In this document: positions 45,254 through 54,409 of the stretch, piece by piece
How the letters are laid out: every line of letters starts with the position of its first letter
How positions within the stretch are numbered: the stretch's first letter is position 1
Source: Reyranellales bacterium
GTDB taxonomy: Bacteria > Pseudomonadota > Alphaproteobacteria > Reyranellales > Reyranellaceae
Length of the DNA: 64,000 bases
Assembly (NCBI GenBank): GCA_038224985.1
Contig: JBBRFD010000004.1
Coordinates: 3,689-67,688, forward strand
Direction: 5' to 3'
The notes under the pieces: model-generated
Database searches by the model: none
The model's input: only the letters and a program-made list of their open reading frames with translations
What the model was told of the DNA's origin: nothing
Made by a program: the position numbers and the translations under genes

Positions 45254-46392
45254 TTGATCAACCCGTAGAACTTCCCGGCGTTGGTGCAGGTGATCATCTT
45301 CACCTGCTCGGCCGGCACCTCGGCGAACTGTTCCTTGATGTACTTGTCGGAATGCGGCCAGACGCCGTCACCATGCGGGTAGTCGGAGCCCCACATCAGG
45401 CTTTCCGCGCCCATGTCGTCGATCAGCTTGGCGCCGATTCGGTCGAACTGGAACGTCGCCTTGCACTGGCGGCGCCAGTAATCCGACGGCTTCATCTTGA
45501 GGCCGAGGTCGAAGAAGCGATCTTCCCACTCGAAATCCATGCGGTCGAGCGCATAGGGGATCCAGCCCGAGCCGCTCTCGCCGAAGGCGATGCGTACGTT
45601 GGGGTAACGCTCCAGCACATTGGCGCCGATGATGGCGGCCAGGATGTTCACCAGGTTCATCTGGAAGCCCGAGACGATGGTGAAGAACACCGAGCGCCCG
45701 ACGCGGCCGGGGTACTTCTCGATCGTGTTGGGCGGCACCGCCGGGAAGGTGTGAAAGTGCAGCGGCAACTGGACGTCGTTGACGGCCTTCCACAGCGGCT
45801 CCCACATCGGATGCCACATCGGCTCCATGTCCCAGGAGCAGGAGAGTTCCAGGCCTTTGATGCCCATCTTGGCGACGCGATGGATTTCCTTCACGGCGGC
45901 GTCGATGTCGCCATAGGGCAGGCAGGCGAGGCCGATGTGCCGGTCGGGATAATGGCTGCAGAACTCCTTCAGCCAGTCATTGTAGATCATCAGCATCTGA
46001 TTGCCGGCTTCGCGGTCGTTCAGCCGGCTGGCGGCGCCCAGGATGCCGTAGATAACCTCGGCATCGACGCCGTCACGGTCGAGATCCTTGATGCGCAGGT
46101 GCGGATCGGAGACGCGGCGGATGTCCTTGGCGCCGTCGGAATAAAGGCCGGTCTCCGCCATGATATCGACGCGGCCGTGCTTGCCGGGTACGAACTTGGA
46201 GCCGGCCGGGCCGACGCCGTTCTTGAAGCCGAAGGTGGCACCATTCTTGGCCATCCATTTCGGGCCTTCGTCTGTATCGGTGACGAAAGGCATGCGGTCC
46301 TTGAACTCGCGCGGCGCCATCGAGGTGAACAGGTCGGGCGGCATCCAGGGCAGGTCGAGATGGCTGTCGGCCGAAATGCGCTTGTACTGCAT
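45250..46392 (-). CDS. Amidohydrolase_2 family metal-dependent hydrolase
   Basis: ISADSHL, DLDRDGVDAEVIY, YNDWL, PLHFH, ESG.GW, MWGSDYPH. Confidence 0.88.
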   Translation of the reverse strand: MQYKRISADSHLDLPWMPPDLFTSMAPREFKDRMPFVTDTDEGPKWMAKNGATFGFKNGVGPAGSKFVPGKHGRVDIMAETGLYSDGAKDIRRVSDPHLRIKDLDRDGVDAEVIYGILGAASRLNDREAGNQMLMIYNDWLKEFCSHYPDRHIGLACLPYGDIDAAVKEIHRVAKMGIKGLELSCSWDMEPMWHPMWEPLWKAVNDVQLPLHFHTFPAVPPNTIEKYPGRVGRSVFFTIVSGFQMNLVNILAAIIGANVLERYPNVRIAFGESGSGWIPYALDRMDFEWEDRFFDLGLKMKPSDYWRRQCKATFQFDRIGAKLIDDMGAESLMWGSDYPHGDGVWPHSDKYIKEQFAEVPAEQVKMITCTNAGKFYGLIN

Positions 46393-46493
46393 GGGCTTTT
46401 CCTCCGGTTGGATGAATTATGCGCGCGGCCCGGCGGGGCGGGCAATGGGCTCGTTTGCGGTTACACTGGGCCAGTTTCGACAGGGGAGAGGGC

Positions 46494-46890
46494 ATGAAGG
46501 GAAGCTGTCTATGTGGCGCCGTCGCCTATGAGGTCGACGTCTTCGACATGAAGATCGGCCATTGCTCTTGCCGGACCTGCCGCAAGGCCCATGCCCCCCT
46601 TTCGCCGCCACCGCCCGCGTGCCGCGCGACAAGTTCCGTTTCCTCTCCGGTGAGGACCGGCTCACGTCCTACGAATCCTCGCCCGGCAAGCTGCGCCGCT
46701 TTTGCTCGGCCTGCGGCAGCCATATTCTGGCCGAGCGCCCCGCCGAGCCGCACGTCATCCTGCGCGTCGCCACGTTGGACGACGATCCCGGCGTGCGCCC
46801 GTTGATCCATATCTGGCGCAGCCACGAAGTGCCGTGGTGCGCCACGGCCCCGAGGTGAAGAGTTTTGCCGAGTGGCCACCGGGGCGGTAG
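46494..46890 (+). pseudogene. GFA-family (glutathione-dependent formaldehyde-activating enzyme-like) gene with two frameshifts
   Basis: MKGSCLCGAV...CSCRTCRK in one frame; FAATARV...RRFCSACGS...HIW in a second; RHGPEVKSFAEWPPGR* in a third. Confidence 0.7.
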
Positions 46891-46941
46891 GCGAGAGAGC
46901 GTGGCGGTGGCATACTTGCTCACCAGGTAAAGACGAGAACC

Positions 46942-47244
46942 ATGGATACTGTCTTCATGCCTTCGCGTGACGTACTGGCTGACGTTTGTCGACGTTGGCG
47001 CATGACCGAGCTTGCCGTCTTTGGCTCTGTTGCGCGTGGCACGTCTCGTCCCGACAGCGATGTCGATCTTCTGGTACGCTTCCAGCCTGGCGCGCCCTGG
47101 AGCACGCTCGACCTTGTGGATTTGCGCGAGGAGCTCGTTGGATTGTTTGGCCGACGAATCGATCTTGTCGAGGAAAGCGCCGTTCGCAATCCCTATCGCC
47201 GGGCATCAATCTTGCGGGACAAGTCGGTTCTCTATGCCGCCTGA
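46942..47244 (+). CDS. Minimal nucleotidyltransferase (MntA-like antitoxin)
   Basis: VFGSVARGTSRPDSDVDLLV (GS-x10-DxD), LFGRRIDLV. Confidence 0.9.
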   Translation: MDTVFMPSRDVLADVCRRWRMTELAVFGSVARGTSRPDSDVDLLVRFQPGAPWSTLDLVDLREELVGLFGRRIDLVEESAVRNPYRRASILRDKSVLYAA

Positions 47245-47572
47245 TGAGCGGGATAAAGCGCTGCTCTTCGACATGCTGGATGCGGCGCGGCATTTGCAGA
47301 AGATGTGGGCAGGAAGGTCTCTAAACGATCTGCTCGCGGATCGCACACTGCAATGGGCGACGGATCACGGCTTCAATATCATTGGGGAAGCCGCACGGCA
47401 TGTTTCGGCCGAGACCAAGGCGGCGCATTCGACAATCGATTGGCGGCGCATCATAGGATTGCGGAATGTTGTCGTTCACGACTACGGCGAAATAGACTAC
47501 GCGCGCCACTGGCGCGTGATTGAGGAAGACGTCCCTAGGTTGATCGTGGCGTTGCAGGCGGCTCTTGGATAG
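47234..47572 (+). CDS. HEPN (DUF86/HepT-like) RNase toxin
   Basis: IIGEAA...IDWRRIIGLRNVVVHDY (RX4HXY); overlaps the MNT gene by 11 nt. Confidence 0.88.
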   Translation: MPPDERDKALLFDMLDAARHLQKMWAGRSLNDLLADRTLQWATDHGFNIIGEAARHVSAETKAAHSTIDWRRIIGLRNVVVHDYGEIDYARHWRVIEEDVPRLIVALQAALG

Positions 47573-47578
47573 GCACGC

Positions 47579-49243
47579 ATGACGCCAGACACTGCCACCC
47601 GTCTTGAAGGAGACTTCGACTATATCGTCGTCGGCGCCGGCTCGGCCGGCTGCGTGCTGGCCAACCGGCTGTCGGCGGATCCCAAGACGCGGGTGCTCGT
47701 TCTGGAGGCGGGCGGCAAGGACAACTGGATCTGGTTCCATATTCCCGTGGGCTACCTCTTTGCCATGGGCAATCCGCGCGCCGACTGGATGTTCCAGACG
47801 GAGAAAGAGCCGGGCCTGAACGGCCGAGCGCTCAATTATCCGCGCGGCAAGGTGGTCGGCGGCTGCTCGGCCATCAACGGCATGATCTCGATGCGCGGCC
47901 AGGCGGCCGATTACGATCATTGGCGGCAGCTCGGGCTTTCCGGCTGGGGTTGGGACGATGTGCTGCCCGTCTTCAAGCAGCTCGATGGTCATTTTCTCGG
48001 CGATACCGAACATCATGGCGCGGATGGCGAGTGGCGCGTCGAGGAAATGCGTGTGAGCTGGCCGATCCTTGATGCGGTGATCGAGGCGGCGCACGAGATG
48101 GGCGTGCCCAAGACGAGCGATTTCAACACCGGCGACAATGCCGGCGTCGGCTATTTCCACGTCAACCAGAAGCGCGGCGTGCGCCTGTCGACGGCGCGCG
48201 CTTTCCTCAAACCGGTGCTCGACCGGCCCAATCTCAAGCTGCAGACCGACGTGCTGGTCGAGAAGGTGCTGTTCGAGGGCAAGCGCGCCGTCGGCGTGCG
48301 CTTCCGCCAGAACGGCAAGCTCTTCGAGGCGCGGGCCAGGGGCGAGATCGTGCTGTCGGCCGGCGCCGTCGGCACGCCGCAGATCCTGCAGCTCTCCGGC
48401 GTCGGTCCGGCCGATTGGCTCGCCGAGCACGGCATCGCCGCCGTGCGGGACATGCCCGGCGTCGGCCGCAATCTGCAGGATCACCTGCAGCAGCGGGCGA
48501 TCTTCAAGGTCCATGACACCAAGACGCTGAACGCCACCTATCATTCGCTGATCGGTCGCGCCCTGATGGGGTTGGAATATGCCCTGTTCCAGAAGGGGCC
48601 GCTCACCATGGCGCCCTCGCAGCTCGGCATCTTCACGACCTCCTCGCCGGACCAGGAGCGCAGCAACATAGAGTTCCACGTCCAACCGCTGTCGCTCGAC
48701 CGGTTCGGCGAGCCGCTGCATCGCTTTCCGGCCATCACGGTGAGCGCCTGCAATCTGCGCCCGACCTCGCGCGGCACGATCCGGCTGCGCTCGGCCGATC
48801 CGGCCGCCAAGCCGATCATTGCACCCAACTATCTCGCGACGCCGGAAGACAAGCGCATCGCCGCCGATGCCATCCGCGTCACGCGCCGCCTGATGCGCCA
48901 GCCGGCGCTGCAGCCCTACCGGCCGGAGGAATACCTGCCGGGGCCCGGCGTGGGAGACGACGATGCCTCGCTGGCCAAGGCCGCCGGTGATATCGGCACG
49001 ACGATCTTCCATCCCGTCGGCACGGCCAAGATGGGCCTGCCGTCCGATCCGATGGCCGTGGTCGACGAGCGGCTGCGGGTCTTCGGGCTCGAGGGGTTGC
49101 GCGTGGTCGATGCCTCGGTGATGCCGACCATCACCTCGGGGAATACCAATACCCCCACCATCATGATCGCCGACAAGGCGGCCCGGATGATGATCGAGGA
49201 CGCGCGCAACGGGCGTGGAGCGATGGGTCAAAAAGCGGCGTAA
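47579..49243 (+). CDS. GMC-family FAD oxidoreductase (choline-dehydrogenase-like)
   Basis: DYIVVGAGSAGCVLANRL, PRGKVVGG.SAING, VGRNLQDH, FHPVGT, GNTNTP. Confidence 0.92.
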   Translation: MTPDTATRLEGDFDYIVVGAGSAGCVLANRLSADPKTRVLVLEAGGKDNWIWFHIPVGYLFAMGNPRADWMFQTEKEPGLNGRALNYPRGKVVGGCSAINGMISMRGQAADYDHWRQLGLSGWGWDDVLPVFKQLDGHFLGDTEHHGADGEWRVEEMRVSWPILDAVIEAAHEMGVPKTSDFNTGDNAGVGYFHVNQKRGVRLSTARAFLKPVLDRPNLKLQTDVLVEKVLFEGKRAVGVRFRQNGKLFEARARGEIVLSAGAVGTPQILQLSGVGPADWLAEHGIAAVRDMPGVGRNLQDHLQQRAIFKVHDTKTLNATYHSLIGRALMGLEYALFQKGPLTMAPSQLGIFTTSSPDQERSNIEFHVQPLSLDRFGEPLHRFPAITVSACNLRPTSRGTIRLRSADPAAKPIIAPNYLATPEDKRIAADAIRVTRRLMRQPALQPYRPEEYLPGPGVGDDDASLAKAAGDIGTTIFHPVGTAKMGLPSDPMAVVDERLRVFGLEGLRVVDASVMPTITSGNTNTPTIMIADKAARMMIEDARNGRGAMGQKAA

Positions 49244-49257
49244 CAAGGAGAGCGTAA

Positions 49258-50823
49258 ATGGCTAATCGGATCTTGGCGGCTCTCCTCGGGCTGGCGCTTG
49301 CCTTGCCGGGTATCGCGCAGGCGCAAACGACGCTGCGGGTCGTCGCCCATTCGGACCTCAAGATTCTCGATCCGATCTGGACCACCGCCTTCATCGTGCG
49401 CAACCACGGCTACATGATCTACGACACGCTGTTCGCGCTCGACGGCGATCTCAAGATTCAGCCGCAGATGGTCGACAAGTGGAGCGTCTCCGACGACAAG
49501 CTCACCTGGACATTCCGGCTGCGCGAGGGCCTGCAGTTCCACGATGGCCAGCCGGTGACAGTCGGCGATGTGATTCCCTCGCTGCGGCGTTGGGCAGTGC
49601 GCGACACGCTGGGCCAAATCCTCTGGGCCAAGGTGGAAGACATCAAGGCGGTCGATTCCTGGACCTTCCAGATCGTGCTGAAGTCGCCGAGTGGCATCGT
49701 GCTGCAGGCTCTGGCCAAGCCCTCGGGCAATCCCTTCATCATGCCCCGGCATATCGCCGCCACCCCGGCCAGCGAGCAGATCAAGGAATTCATCGGCTCC
49801 GGTCCCTTCATCTTCAAGAAGGACGAGTGGAAGCCGGGCGAGAAGACGGTTTACGTCAAGAATCCGAAGTACAAGCCACGCGCCGAACCGGCCTCGGGTC
49901 TGGCCGGTGGCAAGATCGCCAAGGTCGACCGCGTCGAATGGCTGGCCATGCCGGACCAGCAGACGGCGGTCAATGCGCTGATTTCGGGCGAAATCGATAT
50001 CATCGAGTCGCCGCAGCACGATCTCTATCCGCTGCTCAAGAAGGACCGCAACGTATCGCTGGTGGTCGCCAACAAATGGGGCAACCAGTACATCTTCCGC
50101 TTCAACCAGCTGCACAAGCCGTTCGACAATCCCAAGGCCCGCCAAGCGATGCTCTATGCGCTGAACCAGAAGGACTTCCTCGAGGGCGTGATCGGCGATC
50201 CCGCCTATTACACGGTCTGCAAGGCCATGTTCATCTGTGGTGGGCCCTACGCCACGACGGCGGGCTTCGCCGACAAATACGAGAGCGACTTCGCCAAGGC
50301 CAGGGAGCTGCTGGCCGAGGGTGGCTATGACGGCACGCCGGTCGTGCTGATGCATTCGACCGATCTCTATGTGCTGACCAACATGGCGCCAATCGCCAAG
50401 CAGCTGATGGAGAAGGCCGGCATGAAGGTCGACATGCAGTCGATGGACTGGCAGACGCTGGTCAGCCGCCGCGCGCGCAAGGAGGCGCCCGACAAGGGCG
50501 GCTGGAACCTGCTGATCACTTCGACCAGCGGTGCTGATTCGCTCGATCCGCTGACCTACAGCTTCATCGGCGCCAGTTGCGACAAGGCGTGGTTCGGCTG
50601 GCCTTGCGACGACGAACTGACCCGCCTGCGACAGGCCTTTGCCGATGAACCCGACGAGGCCAGGCGCAAGGTCATCGTCGAGAAGATCCAGCTGCGCGCC
50701 GTGGAGACGCCGACGCATGCCTTCCTCGGCCAATACGTGGCGCCCCAGGCGGTGCGCAGGAACATAACCGGCACTGTGATCTCGCCGGTGCCGGTGTTCT
50801 GGAACATCGCCAAGGGCCGCTGA
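49258..50823 (+). CDS. ABC transporter substrate-binding protein, family 5
   Basis: Signal peptide; LDPIWTTA, IYDTLF, FHDG, GSGPF. Confidence 0.9.
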   Translation: MANRILAALLGLALALPGIAQAQTTLRVVAHSDLKILDPIWTTAFIVRNHGYMIYDTLFALDGDLKIQPQMVDKWSVSDDKLTWTFRLREGLQFHDGQPVTVGDVIPSLRRWAVRDTLGQILWAKVEDIKAVDSWTFQIVLKSPSGIVLQALAKPSGNPFIMPRHIAATPASEQIKEFIGSGPFIFKKDEWKPGEKTVYVKNPKYKPRAEPASGLAGGKIAKVDRVEWLAMPDQQTAVNALISGEIDIIESPQHDLYPLLKKDRNVSLVVANKWGNQYIFRFNQLHKPFDNPKARQAMLYALNQKDFLEGVIGDPAYYTVCKAMFICGGPYATTAGFADKYESDFAKARELLAEGGYDGTPVVLMHSTDLYVLTNMAPIAKQLMEKAGMKVDMQSMDWQTLVSRRARKEAPDKGGWNLLITSTSGADSLDPLTYSFIGASCDKAWFGWPCDDELTRLRQAFADEPDEARRKVIVEKIQLRAVETPTHAFLGQYVAPQAVRRNITGTVISPVPVFWNIAKGR

Positions 50824-50907
50824 GCGGCAAAATCCGGCGGCGGCCCTTGCCAAGCGCCGCGCCGCCAGCCGAGGATGGTCGAAAGGCGGCGATCCAGGGA
50901 GGCGGGA

Positions 50908-52470
50908 ATGAGCAAGCGTGGACTAGGCATTGTATTGGCGTTGGCGCTCGGTATGGCGGGGACTGCTGAGGCGCAGACCACGCTGAGGGTGGTGAACCAC
51001 TCCGATCTCAAGATTCTCGATCCGATCTGGACGACCGCCTATATCGTCCGCAATCACGGCTACATGATCTACGACACGCTGTTCGCGATGGACGGCAATC
51101 TCGAGGTCAAGCCGCAGATGGTCGACAAGTGGACGACCTCGGACGACAAGCTCACCTGGACCTTCACGCTGCGCGACGGACTGGAGTTCCACGACGGCAC
51201 GCCCGTCACCTCCGCGGACGTTATCCCCTCGCTCAGGCGCTGGGCCGTGCGCGATCCGCTGGGCCAGGCTCTGTTCACCAAGGTCACCGAGGTGAAGGCG
51301 GTCGATGCCAAGACCTTCCAGATCGTGCTCAAGGCGCCGACAGGCATCATGCTGCAGGCGCTGGGCAAGCCCTCGGGCAATGCCTTCATCATGCCGAAGA
51401 AGGTGGCCGAGACCGATCCTGCCAAGCAGATCGACGACTATACCGGCTCCGGTCCCTTCATCTTCGTGAAGAACGAATGGAAGCCCGGCGACAAGACGGT
51501 CTACGTCAAGAATCCAAAGTACAAGCCGCGCGCCGAACCGGCCTCCGGCCTGGCCGGCGGCAAGATCGCCAAGGTCGACCGGGTCGAATGGGTCGCCATC
51601 CCCGACCAGCAGACCGCGACCAGCGCGCTGATTAAGGGCGAAATCGACATGATCGAGACGCCGCAGCACGACCTGCTCAAGATGATGGAGACGAGCCCCG
51701 ACGTGAAACTGGTCACCCTCAACAAGTGGGGCAATCAGTATATCTTCCGCTTCAACCAGCTCTTCCCGCCGTTCGACAATCCCAAGGTGCGCCAGGCGCT
51801 GCTCTATGCCTTCAACCAGAAGGACTTTCTCGATGGCGTGATCGGCGATGCGCGCTACTACAAGGTCTGCAAGGCGATGTTCATGTGCGACACGCCCTAT
51901 GCCTCGACCAAGGGCTTCGACGACAAGTTCGAAAGCAACTTCGACAAGGCCAAGGCGCTGCTCAAAGAAGGCGGCTACGACGGCAAGCCCGTCATCCTGA
52001 TGCACTCGACCGACCTGCAGATCCTGGCCAACCTCGCGCCGGTCGCCAAGCAGCTGATGGAACGCGCCGGCATGAAGGTCGACATGATCTCGATGGACTG
52101 GACGACGCTGGTCAGCCGACGCTCGCGCAAGGACGCTCCCGACAAGGGCGGCTGGAACGTGTTCCTGACGTCCTCGGCCGCCGTCGATATCGTCGATCCG
52201 CTGGCCAATACCTATATCAACGCCGTGGGCGAGAATGCCTGGTTCGGCAGGCCCAAGGACGACGAGTTGCTGAAGCTGCGCGCCACCTTCGCCGACGAGA
52301 CCGACGAGGCCAAGCGCAAGGGGCTGGCCGAGGCCATGCAGGTGCGCGTGTCGGAGAACCCGACGCATGCCTTTGTCGGCCAATGGACGGTGCCGTCGGC
52401 GATGCGCAAGAACGTGTCCGGCAGCCTCGAATCGCCCGTCACGATCTTCTGGAACATCGAGAAGAAATGA
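50908..52470 (+). CDS. ABC transporter substrate-binding protein, family 5 (tandem paralog)
   Basis: Extensive identity to 49258-50823; ATG 50908 after GGAGG. Confidence 0.9.
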   Translation: MSKRGLGIVLALALGMAGTAEAQTTLRVVNHSDLKILDPIWTTAYIVRNHGYMIYDTLFAMDGNLEVKPQMVDKWTTSDDKLTWTFTLRDGLEFHDGTPVTSADVIPSLRRWAVRDPLGQALFTKVTEVKAVDAKTFQIVLKAPTGIMLQALGKPSGNAFIMPKKVAETDPAKQIDDYTGSGPFIFVKNEWKPGDKTVYVKNPKYKPRAEPASGLAGGKIAKVDRVEWVAIPDQQTATSALIKGEIDMIETPQHDLLKMMETSPDVKLVTLNKWGNQYIFRFNQLFPPFDNPKVRQALLYAFNQKDFLDGVIGDARYYKVCKAMFMCDTPYASTKGFDDKFESNFDKAKALLKEGGYDGKPVILMHSTDLQILANLAPVAKQLMERAGMKVDMISMDWTTLVSRRSRKDAPDKGGWNVFLTSSAAVDIVDPLANTYINAVGENAWFGRPKDDELLKLRATFADETDEAKRKGLAEAMQVRVSENPTHAFVGQWTVPSAMRKNVSGSLESPVTIFWNIEKK

Positions 52471-52479
52471 CGCGGACGA

Positions 52480-53976
52480 CTACGTCCGCGCCTTGAAGTT
52501 GAACTCCGCGCCCGACCGGATACCGGTCGGCCAGCGCGCGGTGATGGTCTTGAGCTTGGTGTAGAAGCGCACGCCTTCCATGCCGTAGACGCCGTGGTCG
52601 CCGAACACCGAGGCCTTCCAGCCGCCGAAACTGTGATAGGCGACCGGCACCGGAATCGGCACGTTGATGCCGACCATGCCGATCTTTACGTTGCTGGCGA
52701 AGGTGCGGGCGGCATCGCCGTCGCGCGTGAAGATGGCGGTGCCGTTGCCATAGGCGTGGTCGTTTACCAGGCCAATGGCCTCGTCGAAGGTCTTGGAACG
52801 CACCACCGAGAGCACCGGGCCGAATATCTCGTCCTTGTAGATCGTCATGTCCTTGGTGACGTTGTCGAACAGGCAGCCGCCCATGAAATTGCCGTTCTCG
52901 TAGCCCTGCAGCTTGAGTCCACGGCCGTCGACCACCAGCTTGGCGCCTTCCTTTACGCCCAGATCGACATAGCCCATGACTTTGTCGCGATGCTGGCGCG
53001 TCACCAGCGGGCCCATTTCCGATTGCGGATCGATGCCGGGGCCGACCTTGAGTGCTGCAACGCGCGGCGCCAGCTTGGCCATCAGCTTGTCGCCGACATC
53101 GCCCACGGCGACGGCGACCGAGATCGCCATGCAGCGCTCGCCGGCCGCGCCGTAGCCGGCGCCGATCAGGGCGTCGGTCACCTGGTCGAGATCGGCATCG
53201 GGCATCACCACCATGTGGTTCTTGGCGCCGCACAGCGCCTGCACGCGCTTATTTCGCTGTGTGCCGGTGTGATAGACGTATTCACCGATCGCGGTGGAGC
53301 CGACGAAGGAGATCGCCGGCACGTCGGGATGCTTCAGCAGCGCATCGACCGCGACCTTGTCGCCGTTGATGAGCTGGAAGATGCCGGCCGGCGCGCCCGC
53401 CTCGGCGAAGAGCTCGGCCAGCAGCATCGGAGCGCTCGGGTCCTTCTCCGAAGGCTTGAGGATGAAGGCATTGCCGGTGGCCACCGCCATGGCGCCCATC
53501 CAGCACGGGATCATGATCGGGAAGTTGAACGGCGTGATGCCGGCCACCACGCCCAAGGGCTGGCGGATTGACCAGCTGTCCATGTCGGCGGCGACCTGCT
53601 CGGTGAAATCGCCCTTCATGTGATGGGCGATGCCGCATGAGAATTCGACGACCTCGAGGCCGCGGCCGACTTCGCCCTTGGCGTCGTCGAGCGTCTTGCC
53701 GTGTTCGAGCGACATGTGGCGCGCCAGATCGTCGATGCGCTTTTCCATTAGGCTCTTGAGATTGAACATGACGCGCTGGCGGCGCATCGGCGGTGTCGCC
53801 GCCCAAGCGAGCTGCGCCTTTTTGGCGAGCTGCACGGCGACATCGATCTCGTCCGCCGAGGCGAAGGCCACCTTGGCGGTCACTTCGCCGGTCGCGGGAT
53901 TGGTGATTTCACCCGAGCGGCCGCTCTGGCCCATGACCATCTTGCTGCCGATGTAGTGTCCGATGCTGGCGACCAT
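52480..53976 (-). CDS. mmsA: CoA-acylating (methyl)malonate-semialdehyde dehydrogenase
   Basis: ITPFNFP, LKPSEKDP, SFVGST, GAKNH, GAAGERCMA, EIFGP, INVPIPVP. Confidence 0.92.
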   Translation of the reverse strand: MVASIGHYIGSKMVMGQSGRSGEITNPATGEVTAKVAFASADEIDVAVQLAKKAQLAWAATPPMRRQRVMFNLKSLMEKRIDDLARHMSLEHGKTLDDAKGEVGRGLEVVEFSCGIAHHMKGDFTEQVAADMDSWSIRQPLGVVAGITPFNFPIMIPCWMGAMAVATGNAFILKPSEKDPSAPMLLAELFAEAGAPAGIFQLINGDKVAVDALLKHPDVPAISFVGSTAIGEYVYHTGTQRNKRVQALCGAKNHMVVMPDADLDQVTDALIGAGYGAAGERCMAISVAVAVGDVGDKLMAKLAPRVAALKVGPGIDPQSEMGPLVTRQHRDKVMGYVDLGVKEGAKLVVDGRGLKLQGYENGNFMGGCLFDNVTKDMTIYKDEIFGPVLSVVRSKTFDEAIGLVNDHAYGNGTAIFTRDGDAARTFASNVKIGMVGINVPIPVPVAYHSFGGWKASVFGDHGVYGMEGVRFYTKLKTITARWPTGIRSGAEFNFKART

Positions 53977-54030
53977 TGATTTCCTCCGATTTGGCCGCGT
54001 TCTAGCATCGCACGGCGGGGAAATCGACCG

Positions 54031-54409
54031 TCAGGCCGCGAGCACTTCGGGCAGGATGGGGGGCGGCCGCGTCGTAGCGCTTGCGATCGGCGATGACTTC
54101 GGTGCCCTCGTTGTCGCCCAGCTTGAAGCGGCCAAGGTCGTCGGCCAGCACCGAGACATCGGCCACGGCGCCGGGACGCAGCGTGCCGATCTCGTCCTGC
54201 AATCCCACCATGGCGGCGGCACTGGTCGTAACCATCGGCACGATCCTTGAGGCCGATGGTTTCGCAGGCCGGGCCGGTCCGGGCAGGTTCGGCCCGACGG
54301 CGGCGATCTTGCCGGCAGTGACGGCGACGTCGGCAACGCCATCGAGGCCGGAGGCGGGATCGACGACATGGCCGCCGCGCAGCAGCAGGTCGTAAGGGGC
54401 TGTGGTCAT
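54031..54409 (-). pseudogene. Remnant of a dihydroorotase-like amidohydrolase/deacetylase gene (TIM barrel deleted)
   Basis: N-terminal YDLLLRGGHVVDP...DVAV..GKIAAV joined to C-terminal VTT.AA.MVG....GTLRPGAVADVSVL; no HxH metal motif; ETIGLKDR and ILPEVLAA* lie in other frames. Confidence 0.7.

Noticed and set aside
46890-47579. IS or prophage boundary around the TA cassette
   Set aside because: No transposase, integrase, terminal inverted repeats or target duplication visible.
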